Shown: positions 1-13,292, counted from the stretch's first letter. The stretch is DNA of 64,000 nucleotides from Catajapyx aquilonaris (GCA_000934665.2 KZ538107.1:1-64000), one strand, 5' to 3'. The notes: generated from the sequence alone by a model not told the origin. Numbers and translations: made by a program.

Positions 1-861
1 ACCCCCCCCCCCTCCCCCCAAAACGGTCACATGGTATTTGCACGACTCCTAATTTGGCAGTCAAATTACATGTACTAGCACTGTTTCTTCGAGAAAGCCA
101 GAGATACAGGGGACTAATTTTGCGGCGGAGGTTGCTGTGTAGCCAACAGTGTACTGTATTCTGCAGTCCTTTTCCTCATGCTGTATTGAAATTTAAAAAG
201 ATTTTACACCACTAATTTTGGATCAAAATTAGTTACGAACATCCTTCTTGAGGGGAGCCATCAATATTTAAAGTGTATGCCACAAAACACCACCAAGCAT
301 GCTACTGTATTCAGTGTGTAAAAACCATAACTGTTGACCTTCTAGCGGGTACAGTCCAAATCAGAATTTCTAACGTATAGCTTACTTCCAGGATTCCCCC
401 TTTTCTTTTGTACAGGCAAAGGTTCACTCTTCTGTCAGCCTTCTGTCTTGTGTAGGTGTGTGTAATCCTTAGTTTTGGTTGGTTTTGAATCCTGGAGTTG
501 GACACCTTGGATTAGCCTGACTACATGAAGTGTTGATTTGGCAACAATCCAGGCAGCTCGATAATGGGAGTCTAACGTCGGGTACCAAACTAGTTCAGAG
601 CATCCTAATGGATAGGCCAGTAGACAAAAAATGGCAGTAGACCACAAAGAAGCAAATTAATTTCAAAATAAAACTGTAGCATGAATTTCCAATAATTATC
701 ATTTTTTACGTTCCAGTTACCATATTGCAACTTTTTAGGCTGAAAATCAGTACTTTAAGAGACATTCATGTCAAATTACTGCAGTATAATTTTAACTTTA
801 AATTAACTTTAAACTTTTCATTATGACGTGATTAACCAGCAATTTTTCAAATCTCACTCAC

Positions 862-1092
862 ACTGCTGCTTGAATTCATGTACAGTGTCACTTGAAAGAT
901 TGAGTTTGTCCAGGTGATCTTGCAGGATAGTTGCCCACTTGTGCAGCTGGTCCATGATTCCCCATGGTGCAGTCATAGAAACAGTAAATACAACCATGGT
1001 GTGTGGTAACGTCTCTTCGGAAAGTGCAAAATTAAGGAGATGGGCATGCGTAGGATCACCATCCAGCACCCAAACACTCAGGCGTGTGTGAT
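862..1092 (-). CDS. Dlic: Dlic coding exon 4
   Basis: ttccag|AT CAC ACA CGC ... CAG CAG T|gtgagt; lies within ORF 854-1189. Confidence 0.92.
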
Positions 1093-4000
1093 CTGGAAAA
1101 TTAAAAGCCCAAAAAAGTGAATCAGACATAGCAGGTAGAAGGACAGCAGTCACAATCAAGAAAGGGAATATGTGGGATGCACACTTCATGGTCCTTAAAA
1201 ATGATGTCCATCCATATTAATGATATAATATATATTAATAATCCGGAGAGTGCTTGACCTCTGAGAGGTATGTAGCACGGACCTTTATTGTACCTTTGAT
1301 GGTGTAGTACAGTACACATCTGGAACCTTGAGTGAAGCGCCCGGGCCCACGGGCAGGGTGACTGGGAGGGGATGTGCAAAGTGCAAGTGCAATGTCTGTT
1401 TATGGTACATTTTGTGACCTAAAAACAGTCAAAATAGGCTCTTAAATAGGCAGTAAAAATCAAGCAGGTTCTAATTTACAATATTTTCATTCCTAAATAT
1501 TACAGCGTACTTCTGGCCATGTAATTTTGTAGCACGTTAGCAAACTAGCAGTTGTTCCATATTTTTGCATATTTTCTTTAGTTAGTAGGCGACATCTGTC
1601 TGACAATACATCTTGATACTCTGAAAATGACCTTTCGACATCACACAAAGCAACTGGATCATACTTTAAAAGTGAAAGGTCTTCTACAGCCAGTTCATCC
1701 AGCATGCATACAGCTTCATAGCCCTTCGCAGGTTGAAGCAGGATGAATGCCTTGAATGGAAAACATTCAAAAACTCTCGCAAATCCTACAGAATGGCGTC
1801 AAAAAGGTGTAAATAGGCGGTAATGGGCAATTTTAGGTTTTATAAAACTACGATTTTTGAGGTCCTTGTGTTATGAAACTGAAAGACATTATGGTTTCGG
1901 TGTTCTGCCTACGAAATAAAAAGTAGGTAAAAATCTAGAAATCCGTTCTCTAATAATTACTAGTTTACCCTTGGAGCAGTAGTTTTTTTTTCTGGTTTTT
2001 AGAGTGCAGTATGAAAGATGACAAGAGGTTATGTTCATGCTATCTTCAGATTACTAAATTATATCCATTATCCCACTTACCATCACAATAGTCATCACGA
2101 ACATCGATGTATGCATACTCCAGTTCTGAGCCCTTGACTGGATCCTCTACACCTTGAAGTTTGGCAATTAGAGTTGTTTTGCCCACCTCATTGTCACCTG
2201 CAAATTGCATATTAGGAGCTTATCTTTGCACTTTTGCAAATACAATGTAGGACATACCTAGCACTAAGATTTGTTTGCATGATGGCAGTTTGCTGCCATG
2301 GCCTTTTTGAACCTCACCAAGAATAGACACCCTGTAAATAAGGTCAACAATATACATATTCTGCATTTTGTTATTGTGGATAATAACAATATAAATCTCA
2401 ATCAATCATAGTTATATGAGTTAGCTTCCCATCTTGGGAACATTTCTCAGTATTTTTGAGACCTAAAAATTCAATCTCACAAATTCAGTCTTTGTAAGGA
2501 CTGGGGAGCGTTTACCCTTCTCCACCCCCTTCCCTACAGAGCTGACCTCATGCCATGAGGACAATATGAGATGCATGGGTGGGCAGCACAGTGGCCACAG
2601 TCAACCCATCTCTGAGGTCCGAGTTCATTTCCTAGAGTAGACAAAGGAATAAACTCTATCCATGATGTGTGTTGATTTTCTCAGCTGGCTCTTCCATTCT
2701 CTCCCTCTCTCAACATCCATCAACAGCACCAAATTGAGAGAAAATTTTAAAATATCGATTAAAAGGTTGAAGGCCTTTTTATTTTTATTGTTTTTATTTT
2801 TATTTTTATTAATCATATTATTATATTCCTTCTTTGTAACTGCAAATGTTACACAGATCATATGATCACATTTTCATTTGTGTCAAGGCAAATGTCAAAC
2901 CAGCAATAACATACATAATCTATGCAGACGTTATTACTGAACTACTGAACTTCACTCATGATACCATATGCAGTGGTACGGAAGACACTGGAGAGTAAAG
3001 TCTTTTAGCTCATCCTGCACATAACACCTTCGTTTCCTAATAAACTCAGTTTGAGGCAGGTGCCTTCCAGTTGTAAGAGGATTTTAGTGACACCCCTTCA
3101 AATCCATTATGACAGGAAATCATTTTTATTTATTCATTCCATTTCGAGGTCATGACACCATTAAGCACAGGATGTGAATCATTAAAAGTAACTTTTTCGT
3201 GAACATTTAAGAGGTGGCTGCAGTCCCAATGAGCATCAATCACTGAGGTATATATACCACACATTAATATCATTCTGCTGCAATTAATTAGCATACCAGC
3301 ATTATCAGAACTTGGTAAACTGGTCATATGCACACAACATGCAGCATAAGCACAAAAGCTCTCTTGCGACAGTGGTGGTATGCTAGGCTACTCTGGTGAA
3401 ATATACTTCTAAATGACACCCAAAATAAATGCATGTAATATGCAAGAAATTGAAATGAGGCACTGCAGACCATCTGGCTTCTGTAAATTACTAAGCTATC
3501 TCTTCAAAAAAATATTTAGCAGTGAAGCAAATTCTGCTGATTTCTTTCTTATTGGTAGCATCCTTTTCACACAACTTGGCGTAGGTATAGAAACACTGAC
3601 ACTACTACAAAAAATGCAACACTATAATTACATGAACGTGTAAAGGCAGATCCCACATATTGCCTTATCTACATGCAACCCACTCCTGGCCACCCACTCC
3701 AATAGCTGAGGTCAATTAGGGGCTCGGAAGAATGAGATGATGTGCTTTGCATAATGCAATTAATCAAATACCTCATGTCAAATGCATATGATAAATCAGC
3801 ATCTTTCTGAGCATCACATTTCTGTCTGTAATTGCTATAGGGTGTCAGGAGTGGTTGTATTTAGATATGGCAGTGGGTTTGACCAGCCTACACACCGATA
3901 TCAAACTACATTGTTGTTGCTCTGCAACTATTTGTCTGCAGAGCACTCCCTGTCCCAGCAGCTCTTCACTTTAGGTAATAAAATACGTAAATCCCCTTGC

Positions 4001-4287
4001 CTAGAACCAAAATCTGGCATGCAATGATCGACACTTTGACATGTTATAAAACACTTTTCCCTGATGTCTACATGAGATTTGCAAGGAAGGACTTGCTATT
4101 ACCTTCCTCAAATATAGGCCTAGCCCACTGATAATTTTGGCCAATAACGAATCCACTTTTACAGATGACATGCCCAAAAATGCATCCCCAACAACGGCAG
4201 CAATTCTCACCACAAATTCTCCTGCTCTTCACTGCTGTCATTCCCATCTCCACTGCTCCTGTCAGTGTCACTCCGATCAGGTGCCAT
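862..4287 (-). CDS. Dlic: Cytoplasmic dynein 1 light intermediate chain, 5' part; continues beyond the left edge of the window
   Basis: Exons 4287-4211, 2331-2258, 2197-2081 and 1092-862 have GT-AG boundaries and consistent phases. Spliced translation: MAPDRSDTDRSSGDGNDSSEEQENLW-VSILGEVQKGHGSKLPSCKQILVLG-DNEVGKTTLIAKLQGVEDPVKGSELEYAYIDVRDDYCD-DHTRLSVWVLDGDPTHAHLLNFAL...MTAPWGIMDQLHKWATILQDHLDKL. This matches the DYNC1LI N-terminal Ras-like domain (P-loop GxxxxGKT, VWxLDGD motif). Confidence 0.93.
1400..1952 (-). mobile_element. hAT-family remnant with a transposase C-terminal fragment, in a Dlic intron
   Basis: ORF 1493-1705 (LLKYDPVALCDVERSFSEYQDVLSDRCRLLTKEN) resembles the hAT dimerisation-region ERSFS motif. 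Flanks 1405-1478 and 1770-1952 match the element at 52140-52960; terminus ...GAAATCCGTTCTCTA. Confidence 0.7.
2081..2197 (-). CDS. Dlic: Dlic coding exon 3 (P-loop)
   Basis: ttgcag|GT GAC AAT GAG GTG GGC AAA ACA ... GAT G|gtaagt. Confidence 0.92.
2258..2331 (-). CDS. Dlic: Dlic coding exon 2
   Basis: ttacag|G GTG TCT ATT ... GTG CTA G|gtatgt. Confidence 0.92.
4211..4287 (-). CDS. Dlic: Dlic coding exon 1
   Basis: ATG at 4287; ends ...GAG AAT TTG TG|gtgaga, giving the conserved ENLW junction with exon 2. Confidence 0.85.
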
Positions 4288-5375
4288 CACTGTCGTTGAG
4301 CAGTGGGGTTCCAGCCAATTCTCAAATTGTGAAACCACACCGCCTACAGCAAACTTGTGGACCTGGGGAGGAAAACGTTCATCAAGTGACCTTTAGATGT
4401 GGGCTCGGACAGCACCAAAACAGGAATTACGTATGACTCACTGGCTCATGCCTGCGCCTGTACTAGCGATATACCCGAGATACCTCAATGCGTTTAGAGC
4501 TTCAATTACTGCCCACAGCGCTGCTGTTCCAAAGTGCTTTTAGAGTTTAGACAACTACTGGGCTGAAGTCAGAATTATCCGCCAGCTGGCAGTAGAGTCG
4601 TATGTTACCCGGGATATTTGTTGTTAAAATCTTTGCTTTTCATAAAGCCAAACTTGTACCAAGTTTCAGCCTGATTTGGTATCACCTGATTCTCACTATG
4701 CACAATGCTGTTTGTGTTGTGGTGCATGAGTTATTCAGAAGAGTGTAGAAAGGATTGATTGACTTACAACCGTCCTGCCATCTCTGGCGGAGAATTTTCA
4801 CGTGACTGAGCACGTGTTAGAAACACCACCGGTGCGGTGGCGAACTGGCTAAGTGGCTATAATTATCAGGGAAGAGGGAACCAAACCTACATAAATGGGA
4901 ATATAATATGTTAGTATAAAGCAATAGAAATAAAAATGAGAAATATAATTAGCAAGTATTGACACAAGTGTTCGTGCACTCTACAACCAGGGACGGATGC
5001 TAATGTCACAAGATTTTATATTTGTTATTTACATCATTGATATTGTTAGAAGTAATTTTTGCTAGTGTGATAGGCCTAGGTTGTAGCAACTCCAGTTCAA
5101 CCACTACACATGTTGTAACCCGCAAAAAGCCAGACTTGCATCAACAACCAAATGTTCAGTGGCATTCAGGGATATATCTTGGATATATCCAGTCAATTAA
5201 TGTCCTCAGCTTTCAGTCTTCAACACCAATGTTCAGTGACTGTCAAGATAGTGAATCTGTGACAATGATCCTGCATAACATTACAGCTAGTATACTAGCT
5301 GTTGTTACTCCATTGTCCATGTTGGAAAAACTCACCTGTAAGTCTGGCTGTTGGAGTCACACACTGACTCATCAG

Positions 5376-6127
5376 CAGGGCCCTGCAGAGCTTATTTGAG
5401 GCCCGGGGCAGGAGTCACATTAGAGGCCCCTCACACAACAACATTAAAATAGGTAACGGGAACCATTGACGTTTGACGTTGACGTCACAAAAGCATACGA
5501 CATACCGGTATGTTTTATGTTTACACTGTTGGCAAGAATACCATCCAAAGTAAATGAGAAACTCTAATTCGAATCAACTCTGCTTGCATTTTCACGTGTA
5601 CGGACACATAATAAGTTATATCCTACACTCGACGCTATGCAGGCCCTGGTTTTACTTAGCCTTGCAGTGCATAGTTAACGGACAGGCCTGGGAAGAACGG
5701 ATGGTTAAACGGATGGACCAACGGGGCCGTGATGCAGCCATAAATGACCACAATTGGGCCAACAGGGCCCAGGCCCCCGACCGAAACAGGCGGGGGCCCC
5801 AAATTGGCGAATTTGTATTGGATTTTTTTTTTTACATTTAAAAGCCAGTATTGAATTGTAGGGCCCAAAGCAGAGCATCAATCCCAAGAGGGGCCCCAAA
5901 TTGGCTAATTATTATTGCCAAAATTTGGTAATTAAGTCAATATTGAAAAAGGGCCTCCAGAAGAAGTGATTGGCCTAGAGTCCCCTAATGTGTTAAGATG
6001 CTAAAATTGAAAATGGGTGTTTTGCCCAGTAGTTTCTGTTGGCTGGTAGGACTTATCCCTCCGAGGCCCGGGGCAAGTCGCAAGTGTACCCAGCTGCCCC
6101 CCCCCCNCCCCCCTCTGCAGGGCCCTG
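5376..6127. mobile_element. hAT-like MITE
   Basis: TIR CAGGGCCCTGCAGAG / CTCTGCAGGGCCCTG with many internal GGCCC repeats; TSD not preserved. Confidence 0.6.
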
Positions 6128-6771
6128 TCCACAACTAAGATCATTTCTTTTGGAACACCCTGTATAATACATAATACCAATAATACTTAACAAGAAGTTG
6201 AAGGAGTTTAGGCCTACATTAGACAGGTGGTAAGTGCGTTGTTATCTTCGTCAATAGAGTTGTTCTCTGACAGATCACCGTAGCCTACAATTGAAAAATA
6301 ATATATTAACCATTTGATTTTGATTAAATTTGCTGTACTGGATTACCGCGTGTCGGTCACTGGTGTGAATATAAAAATTTCCTAGGCTATGAGGGAGTAC
6401 AATGTAGGCCTACAAACACTAAATCAGTAACACAAATCAGACAATCCGCTTCTAAAAATCACTCGACATTTAGCGGCGGAAATCCAGCATATGTGTATGA
6501 CAGTACAGTACCTCACGAAAAGGCATGTTCCTAATCCTTATCATCGGCTGTGCGGCGACTGGAAAACCTGATAGTGCCGAGTACGCAGAGTGCCACACAT
6601 GCGAGCCCAAGTTGCATCTGGAAGTCCAGGTAACTCGACTCCAACTTCCTGTCTTTTCTTCCTTCAAGGCTCCAGATGAAAACTTATCAAACAAAAGTCG
6701 TTTCGTCATCTTCTGAAACAGACCGACCATTGGCCAACGGCAGAAGATGACAACACCAATAATAATACAGT

Positions 6772-6803
6772 AATGATGGTGGTGATGGTGATGGTGATGG
6801 TGA
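6772..6803. repeat. (TGA/TGG)n microsatellite
   Basis: tgatggtggtgatggtgatggtgatggtgat. Confidence 0.8.
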
Positions 6804-7587
6804 TTGCAAGCAACAATCATCACAAAGAGTAATTACTGTATGACCTATGGAGGACATCCTGAATCAACTTCGATACCCATCATTCATACTGATGTATGCC
6901 AGTTGCACCAGTTGCACAAACTGTGAAAATGGCAATTAATTTATTAAGCGAGTAAAGTTTAATGGCATACATTACATTTATTGTTAACATTGACCCAACC
7001 ATTGGACTTTATTGCGATGACAGCAGGCCATTCGTACTGCGAGGTCAATTATTATTACTACCAATCTCATGAGAGCACAATAGACCACGTTTCTTGAGAC
7101 ATATTTTGCACCGCCTTTGCCAGCTTTTGCTTTAAATGAAGACATCATGGCAATAGGGTGCTAACCTCCATTTTTGTTTAAAACAACGGAAAAAATGAAC
7201 TCGGTAAAAGTGATGCAAATACAGATGTAGTCGCACACTACTACAAAAACTCACATAATTATACTATATTATGGCACATATCCGAAGAGATCACAAATTG
7301 ATGCGTACAGTACGTATGTGGAAGCGGCACGGAGACGAGGTTGGACGAACTGTCATATTAAAATTGCGCAACATTAATTGACATAGATTTTATATATTGA
7401 AAATATGCTGTGGTTCACCTGGAACCGAAAGGGAAAGAAAAAGTTGGCAAATATAATACCAGTAAATCAGAACCGTGATCGAAAAATTATTTGGTAACGA
7501 AGATGCTCTAGCGATGAGCGGTTTAATAGGGGCGTTGTTCTCAAACCTCTGCCGGGGGGCGGGGGGTGGATTTAATAATACGAAGTG

Positions 7588-7765
7588 TATAACTATAATA
7601 TGAGTAACTAATATGAGTAATAACTAATATGAGTATATGTGGTCTTAACTAATATGAGTAATATACGAGGTGGCAGTTTATAACTATATGAGTAATACGA
7701 GGTGGCGGCTTATAACTAATATGAGTATATGCGGTCTTAATAACTAATAATAGGTGGCGGATAAG
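7588..7765. repeat. Irregular minisatellite, possibly inside a solo-LTR-like unit at 7492-7992
   Basis: Repeated TAACTAATATGAGTA units interleaved with GAGGTGGC and GCGGTCT. Confidence 0.7.
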
Positions 7766-8210
7766 TCTTCCGCAGTTAATAATATGAATAATAATTATAC
7801 GTGACGTGATTGTCGTTCTGAGAAATGGGAAATAGACTCGGTACTTCTGAGGAAGTTAATCAAGTATTTATATAATAATGTGAATAATAGATGGCGCGCA
7901 AGTTGCAGGTGGATGGTTGCAGGTGGTCTCGCCGTCTCGGTGGTTGTCGGTCTCTGGTATACTCGGTCTTCAGGAGTATTTCCAGGTCGCCAGTGGAGGC
8001 CTCGGCCTGGGCGACCAAAATTTTTTGATCTTCACGTGTCGATGGTGTGGTGAGAGAATGCAGCAGTCCATTCAGGTGTCATTTATGCTTTTCAGAACCT
8101 AAATGTCAAACCTAGTTCCTTTGTTTAGTTCACATCATAGCTCATGATGCAATAAAAAAGCAAGTATCAGAGCACCTCAGTGTAAACAGTAAAGTAATGC
8201 ATGGTTTCAT

Positions 8211-8359
8211 TATAATAATAATAATAATAATAATAATAATGGATACCCCGTGATAGGCCCCTTGGGCCTCTTAGGGGATCATCTTTTGAATAACCGTCTT
8301 TAATCATTTGCCAGTAATGTGATGGATTTTGATAGTGGGAGGAAACGGGAGAACCCCGA
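8211..8359 (-). mobile_element. 5'-truncated SINE (family B)
   Basis: TSD GCATGGTTTCAT at 8199-8210 and 8360-8371; (ATT)n tail; body starts CTCGGGGTTCTCCCGTTTCCTCCCAC. Confidence 0.75.
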
Positions 8360-10736
8360 GCATGGTTTCATAATGGGGGTGGAATTTATGACGTACCCAG
8401 ATGTACCAGGAGTAAAATCACGATCAGATGATAAAGGTGACTGCAATCAACGGAGATACACGGTTAAACGATTATGAATTTGACATTATTTCAGAACAAC
8501 AACGGGTTGTAGGGATTGAAAAGTGCATAAATTATATTTTTGTTGCTATATTGTGGTATATATAGGTTCAATTTTTTAGTTATTAGATATTTAGATATCA
8601 TTGATGGAATTTAAGAGGTTTCCCCCATTGCAATGCCCCATACCAGCTCTTGCCCATACTGCTGTCCCAAGGGGAAAAAAGCTCTACCACATCTACAGTA
8701 GTCTACAAGACCATCATATTGTACACTATTTTCCTAGAGACGGCAGCATAATGTACCAGACAATATAGCGCAATCGTTGATTTGAGTAAATGTAGTTTTT
8801 AAATAACAATATACATTAAAATTGGGCCATTATTATATTATTATATATATTATATATATTATATTATTATTATAATATTATTATAATATTCAAATTATTA
8901 CTGCACATTCAATCCAACTCCTGCCACCTTTTGAAGTTAGATAATTGCAAATTCACAACATCTTGACCCCCAAATCGTGATTGTGAGATGGTGTAGGCCA
9001 TGCTTACATACCACCTGTGCTGTCCTGAGTTTGATCCTCACTGCAGATCAAGAAGTTTATCATAACTGGCTACATGCCAAATAGTTTCCGTATGTGTAAA
9101 GTGTAATAACTTATTGTTTTAACTGCCATTTAAGGAAATAATGCTGGCCCATAGAAGGCATGTACAGCATATTTTTTCCAAGGGGGCCGTCCATAAATTA
9201 CGTGGACACTTGTATACAATCCATGTATCCCACCCCCTTTATTTACATGTACAGTCGATCTGGCACCCCCCTCTCTTCGGCCTTGTCACAGGTTCATTGG
9301 TTCAATTTTTTCAAAGTTAAAAAAAAAGAGCTGTATACGTATACTATTGTGGCTCCCCTCCCCCCCCTNCCCCCCCCCCCCCCCCCTTCCTGACCCCAAG
9401 GTCATGGGACAATCCTAGCAAACTAATCAGTGAGTTTGGTAGATCCGTCTCCGTGTTGTTCTTGAGAGAGGATGGAGACGTATAAAACAATGCAAAATAT
9501 TTTATAAGTCATTACTGATAAGCAATTACAGTAAGAGCACATTTGAAAAATGCTGAGTCCAATTCCATTCAAGTAAGGAAAGTTATGGCCAGTGAAGCAA
9601 GCCTAAAAATCTGGCATAGTTTTTATCCAGACAAAGTTGCTTTAGGTGAATAAGTGTATATACATGTTGTGCATACTTGTGGAAGGTCACGTCAATCCCC
9701 AACAGTGACAATATATTTGGTGAGAATATGCCCCGATGGGGGAGTCTGAGTCTCTTGCCCCTGTCACTTATCGTACATTCCAGTATTAAAGAGATGTAGG
9801 CAGCATTTGCACATTTTGTAGACACTCCAACATGACAGTCAACCTAAAAAAAAATGTCCAATGGATAACAAAAAGATGTCATCCACTGCCCATGCAGCCA
9901 AGTGAAGCATATTTGTCTTTTTTTCATTCACTCTGTGGGAGTACTTTCATTAGCACTGACCTATGTGTAGTTGTCACATTATTTCATCTTTTTATTTTTA
10001 ATCACATTATAATATATTACTTGCATACGACAGAGTACATCAGCTTTACTTACAAAGGACGCAGATCAAATTTGACTTAGGTGTGATTAAAATATTAATA
10101 AGACTAGATATGTTGCACATAACTAGCTGTCATAGGTTTGGTTTAAAAACAATACTTCTGATCATGAGCAGCAAGGTTCCTTCAACTTTATTATTTTGTC
10201 CAACTTTAATGGGGCGGATTTTAAAAATCTTAAGACTGCGGTACTTTGACGACTTCCTTCATAAGTATTGTAATCTGCCATTAATTCCAGTAGAGCATGT
10301 GAATTTTTGATCAGGTTGCAGCACACCTGGAAGGTCCTTTTGAGAACTGATGCAATTTGCAAATTACTGACGAGATTGTTTGTTCTGGCCAACTTGTCAT
10401 GGATATAGCCATCCCTGGCATGGGTCCTGCTTCTTACACACAGATATCTCGTCAGTCCACATTTACACAGAATCTGCAGCATTTATTCCTTGACCAGTCC
10501 CTTCCCACTGTTCCCACCAAAATAAATGAAATCAGTGAAAACCTCTCGTTGATTATGATTTACGGTATTTACCCTTCAAAAATGACAACTACCACAATTT
10601 TTATGATGTAATTATGTTCACAGTTACACAAATTGATGGTACATAAAGAGCATTGAATAATTCTTGGCTTTGTATTGAGTACTGCAGTGTGTTGTTATCT
10701 AGGGCTCCTCAGGATCCGTCCTATCATGTTTTAATT

Positions 10737-11324
10737 GAGGGGGTGAAAATCAATAACCGACAGCTCCAAAAAACACAAAAAATGACTTAGCACCGGCAAT
10801 GCATTCCTCATGCCATGGAGTACATAATACCTGAATATGGTATTTAAAACCCTACAACAAAGCCGTCAAATGCAGGGGTGAAAAGCGACCTCCGTAACAA
10901 AAACCGCCAGCTCCATCCCCACTCGCAGAAAATCACAGATCAAAAAGATGCGCATTTAACAGAACACCTTGCGTAATCGGTAATGTAATGGAACATTGGT
11001 GTGTAAGCGTGGAATAAACTTAAACATTTACACGCCGGATAAACCTGTGTTTCATGTTTCCCTCACTCAATTTTGCATCAAAAAGCGCCAACTCCAGCCT
11101 GTTGCAAATCAAAAACCGGCCAGTGGTGGAATGGACGGTCCACAGCTCATTGGGTTATGGCGGATGATTTCATAATAACTTACCAATGGTTGAGTTGCTA
11201 GTAAAGGAATCTATAGCCGCTACATTCAGGTGTCTACGTTGACATACGGCGAAACTGTAGGTTTTTCTCGTTTTTCTCCGTTACGTTTATGACGGAGCTG
11301 TCGGTTTTTGATTTTCACCCCCTC
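10737..11324. mobile_element. Sola-like non-autonomous element, copy 1
   Basis: About 30-bp TIR GAGGGGGTGAAAATCAA(T/A)AACCGACAGCTCC, 4-bp TSD AATT; near-identical to 24943-25605 in opposite orientation. Confidence 0.8.
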
Positions 11325-11587
11325 AATTCTTAACTGCAAAACTTCCCATTTAAAAATAACACATGTAGTCATCAGTAAAAATGTGTGGAACTGCTTTGTG
11401 TATGGCACATTTTTTTGGGGTGGGCTACCACATTTTTCTTGGTTAATACAGTCCCTTCAGCTGCTCCAGTGTGCAACCCCCTTCATTTTTGGCAGTTATG
11501 TCCTCAGGACCTTCCACCTTGCCTTGTTCTTTACTTTTAAATTACAATAAAAATAGCTAACCAGGCCTACAAAGCTATACTACTTAA

Positions 11588-11869
11588 CCCTGGAACCGTG
11601 CCGTGGGGTCTTTTCGGACCCCAAGGGAAAAAATGTATTAAAATGATAATTACAATGAACTTTTGCCATTTTTTTACAGTATATAACAGGAAGTGCAGGT
11701 TTATTTTGAATTAGCGATCCTTTTAGGCATTGTTCAAAGAATGATTGTATATAGTCAATACATTGAAAAGTATTATATAATAATTAATAAAAATTAAAAT
11801 ATGGTGGGGTCCAAACAGACCTCACGGCACGGTTGCCGTAATACTCGTAGGCACGGCACGGTTCCAGGG
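11588..11869. mobile_element. piggyBac-like MITE
   Basis: TTAA on both sides; perfect 18-bp TIR CCCTGGAACCGTGCCGTG; subterminal repeats. Confidence 0.85.
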
Positions 11870-12340
11870 TTAACAATACCAGATACCATTGCAAACACAT
11901 GTGCTCATAATATGATCAGTTTCAACTCTGCTGCTGTTGAGTTCCCTTAGCAAGCCTATAAGCTAGTCTAGTGCTGCAGGACCATTACAGGGAAACAAAG
12001 CAGTACCATTTACATACTTTGCGACAATCCCACACTAGTAGGTATAAGTTGGAATCCCATAGGAAAGGCACGGTGGATTGTCCAGTACTAATGCAGTCTA
12101 CACAACTAGTCAAGCGGCTGATTCAAATCAGGTTATATGGGACTTTCACAGGAAAGGAAGTCACAGTCAAAGGTAACAGTCACAGCCTTTGAGGAAGCAG
12201 CTTGCAGGCAATGCATCCAGTCAACATTATCAACTAACTTGGACAAATAAGTACAGATGTGTAAGTACATCTGGGACAGACAGAGTGGCACTGCAGCACC
12301 CACATATTATGGAAAGATCCTGGCTTCCATAGTGGCCCAT

Positions 12341-13292
12341 CCAAGGGGGTAGTCACTTCGGAGAGCCGGTGTATACCCTCACTGGTGAGCCTCGGACAGC
12401 AGGGTATAGCCGGGGCAAAACACACCTTTGTTCCTCATCATTCCTCATCATATGACATAGTTTGCCTTCGACGGCCTCCTCGGCCCACCCCGGCTTTCCT
12501 CGGCTCTCCTGGCTCACCAACATGCTCATCAGTGAGTATACACGGCTCACCCATGGTCTTACTGGCTAATTGATGCCACAGAGAGCCAGGGAGAGTCGCA
12601 TGCAAAAGGGCCCAGTTGAAAGGTGACACATTTTTCAGGAGAGCATTTTTTCCGTATCGCAGCCAACATAATGTCCGGAGCTCATTGACCACTACAGAGG
12701 AAAGTTAGCGTGCATGAAGGGGAATAGCTGCGTATACAGTTTATATTTATGAAATATCTCACGTACCCATAGTTCGGGCCACTCATTGTTGCCATATTAG
12801 GACCCTTTCGCATTTCCTTGACCATTTCGATCCACATAAGTATTGTATCTATTTATGAATATAATATTTTAATGTACATTATTAGGACACCATACCGTGA
12901 GGAAAGAGTAAACAATGGGAAAAAAATATTGCATGTTATGTTCACATGTTCACATGTTCGTTTGCAGTCGATACCATCTCTTACAGGTATGGTGCCCACA
13001 TTCAGGAATTGGGCCCGTATACATTATTTTCCCTGCAGGGAAACTTATACGGACCCAATTCCTGCATGTGGGCCCTTCTGCATTTCCCTGGATATTTCTA
13101 CTTCCATTTCTTACATGATACTGCATGAATTTGGGTCAATCTTCCACACCATGTGATGCATGTATGTCTGACCTAAAATTGGTACATCTCAACTCATTTT
13201 CGCATAAATCGGCACTTGGGCCCTTTTGCATATCCGTGCTTCAAATCAAGAGAGCCGGTGTACACTTTTTTGAGGAGTGACTACCCCCTTGG
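12341..13292. mobile_element. Non-autonomous DNA element, possibly CMC/EnSpm-like
   Basis: 17-bp inverted termini CCAAGGGGGTAGTCACT; internal repeats of a GGCCCTTYTGCATWTCC-like motif at about 12800, 13070 and 13218; no clear TSD. Confidence 0.5.

Noticed and set aside
5022..5399. 125-aa plus-strand ORF
   Set aside because: Non-ATG start, runs into a MITE, no recognisable domain.
6470..6823. ORF with a poly-His tract
   Set aside because: The His run comes from a trinucleotide microsatellite and the rest has no recognisable homology.
7588..7765. CRISPR-like repeat array
   Set aside because: Eukaryotic context, irregular units, non-unique spacers and no cas genes.
10162..10611. Overlapping ORFs suggesting a hidden gene
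   Set aside because: No frame gave recognisable motifs or consistent splice boundaries.
12350..12430. Twister or HDV-like ribozyme
   Set aside because: Only a simple hairpin is present; the conserved catalytic core motifs are absent.
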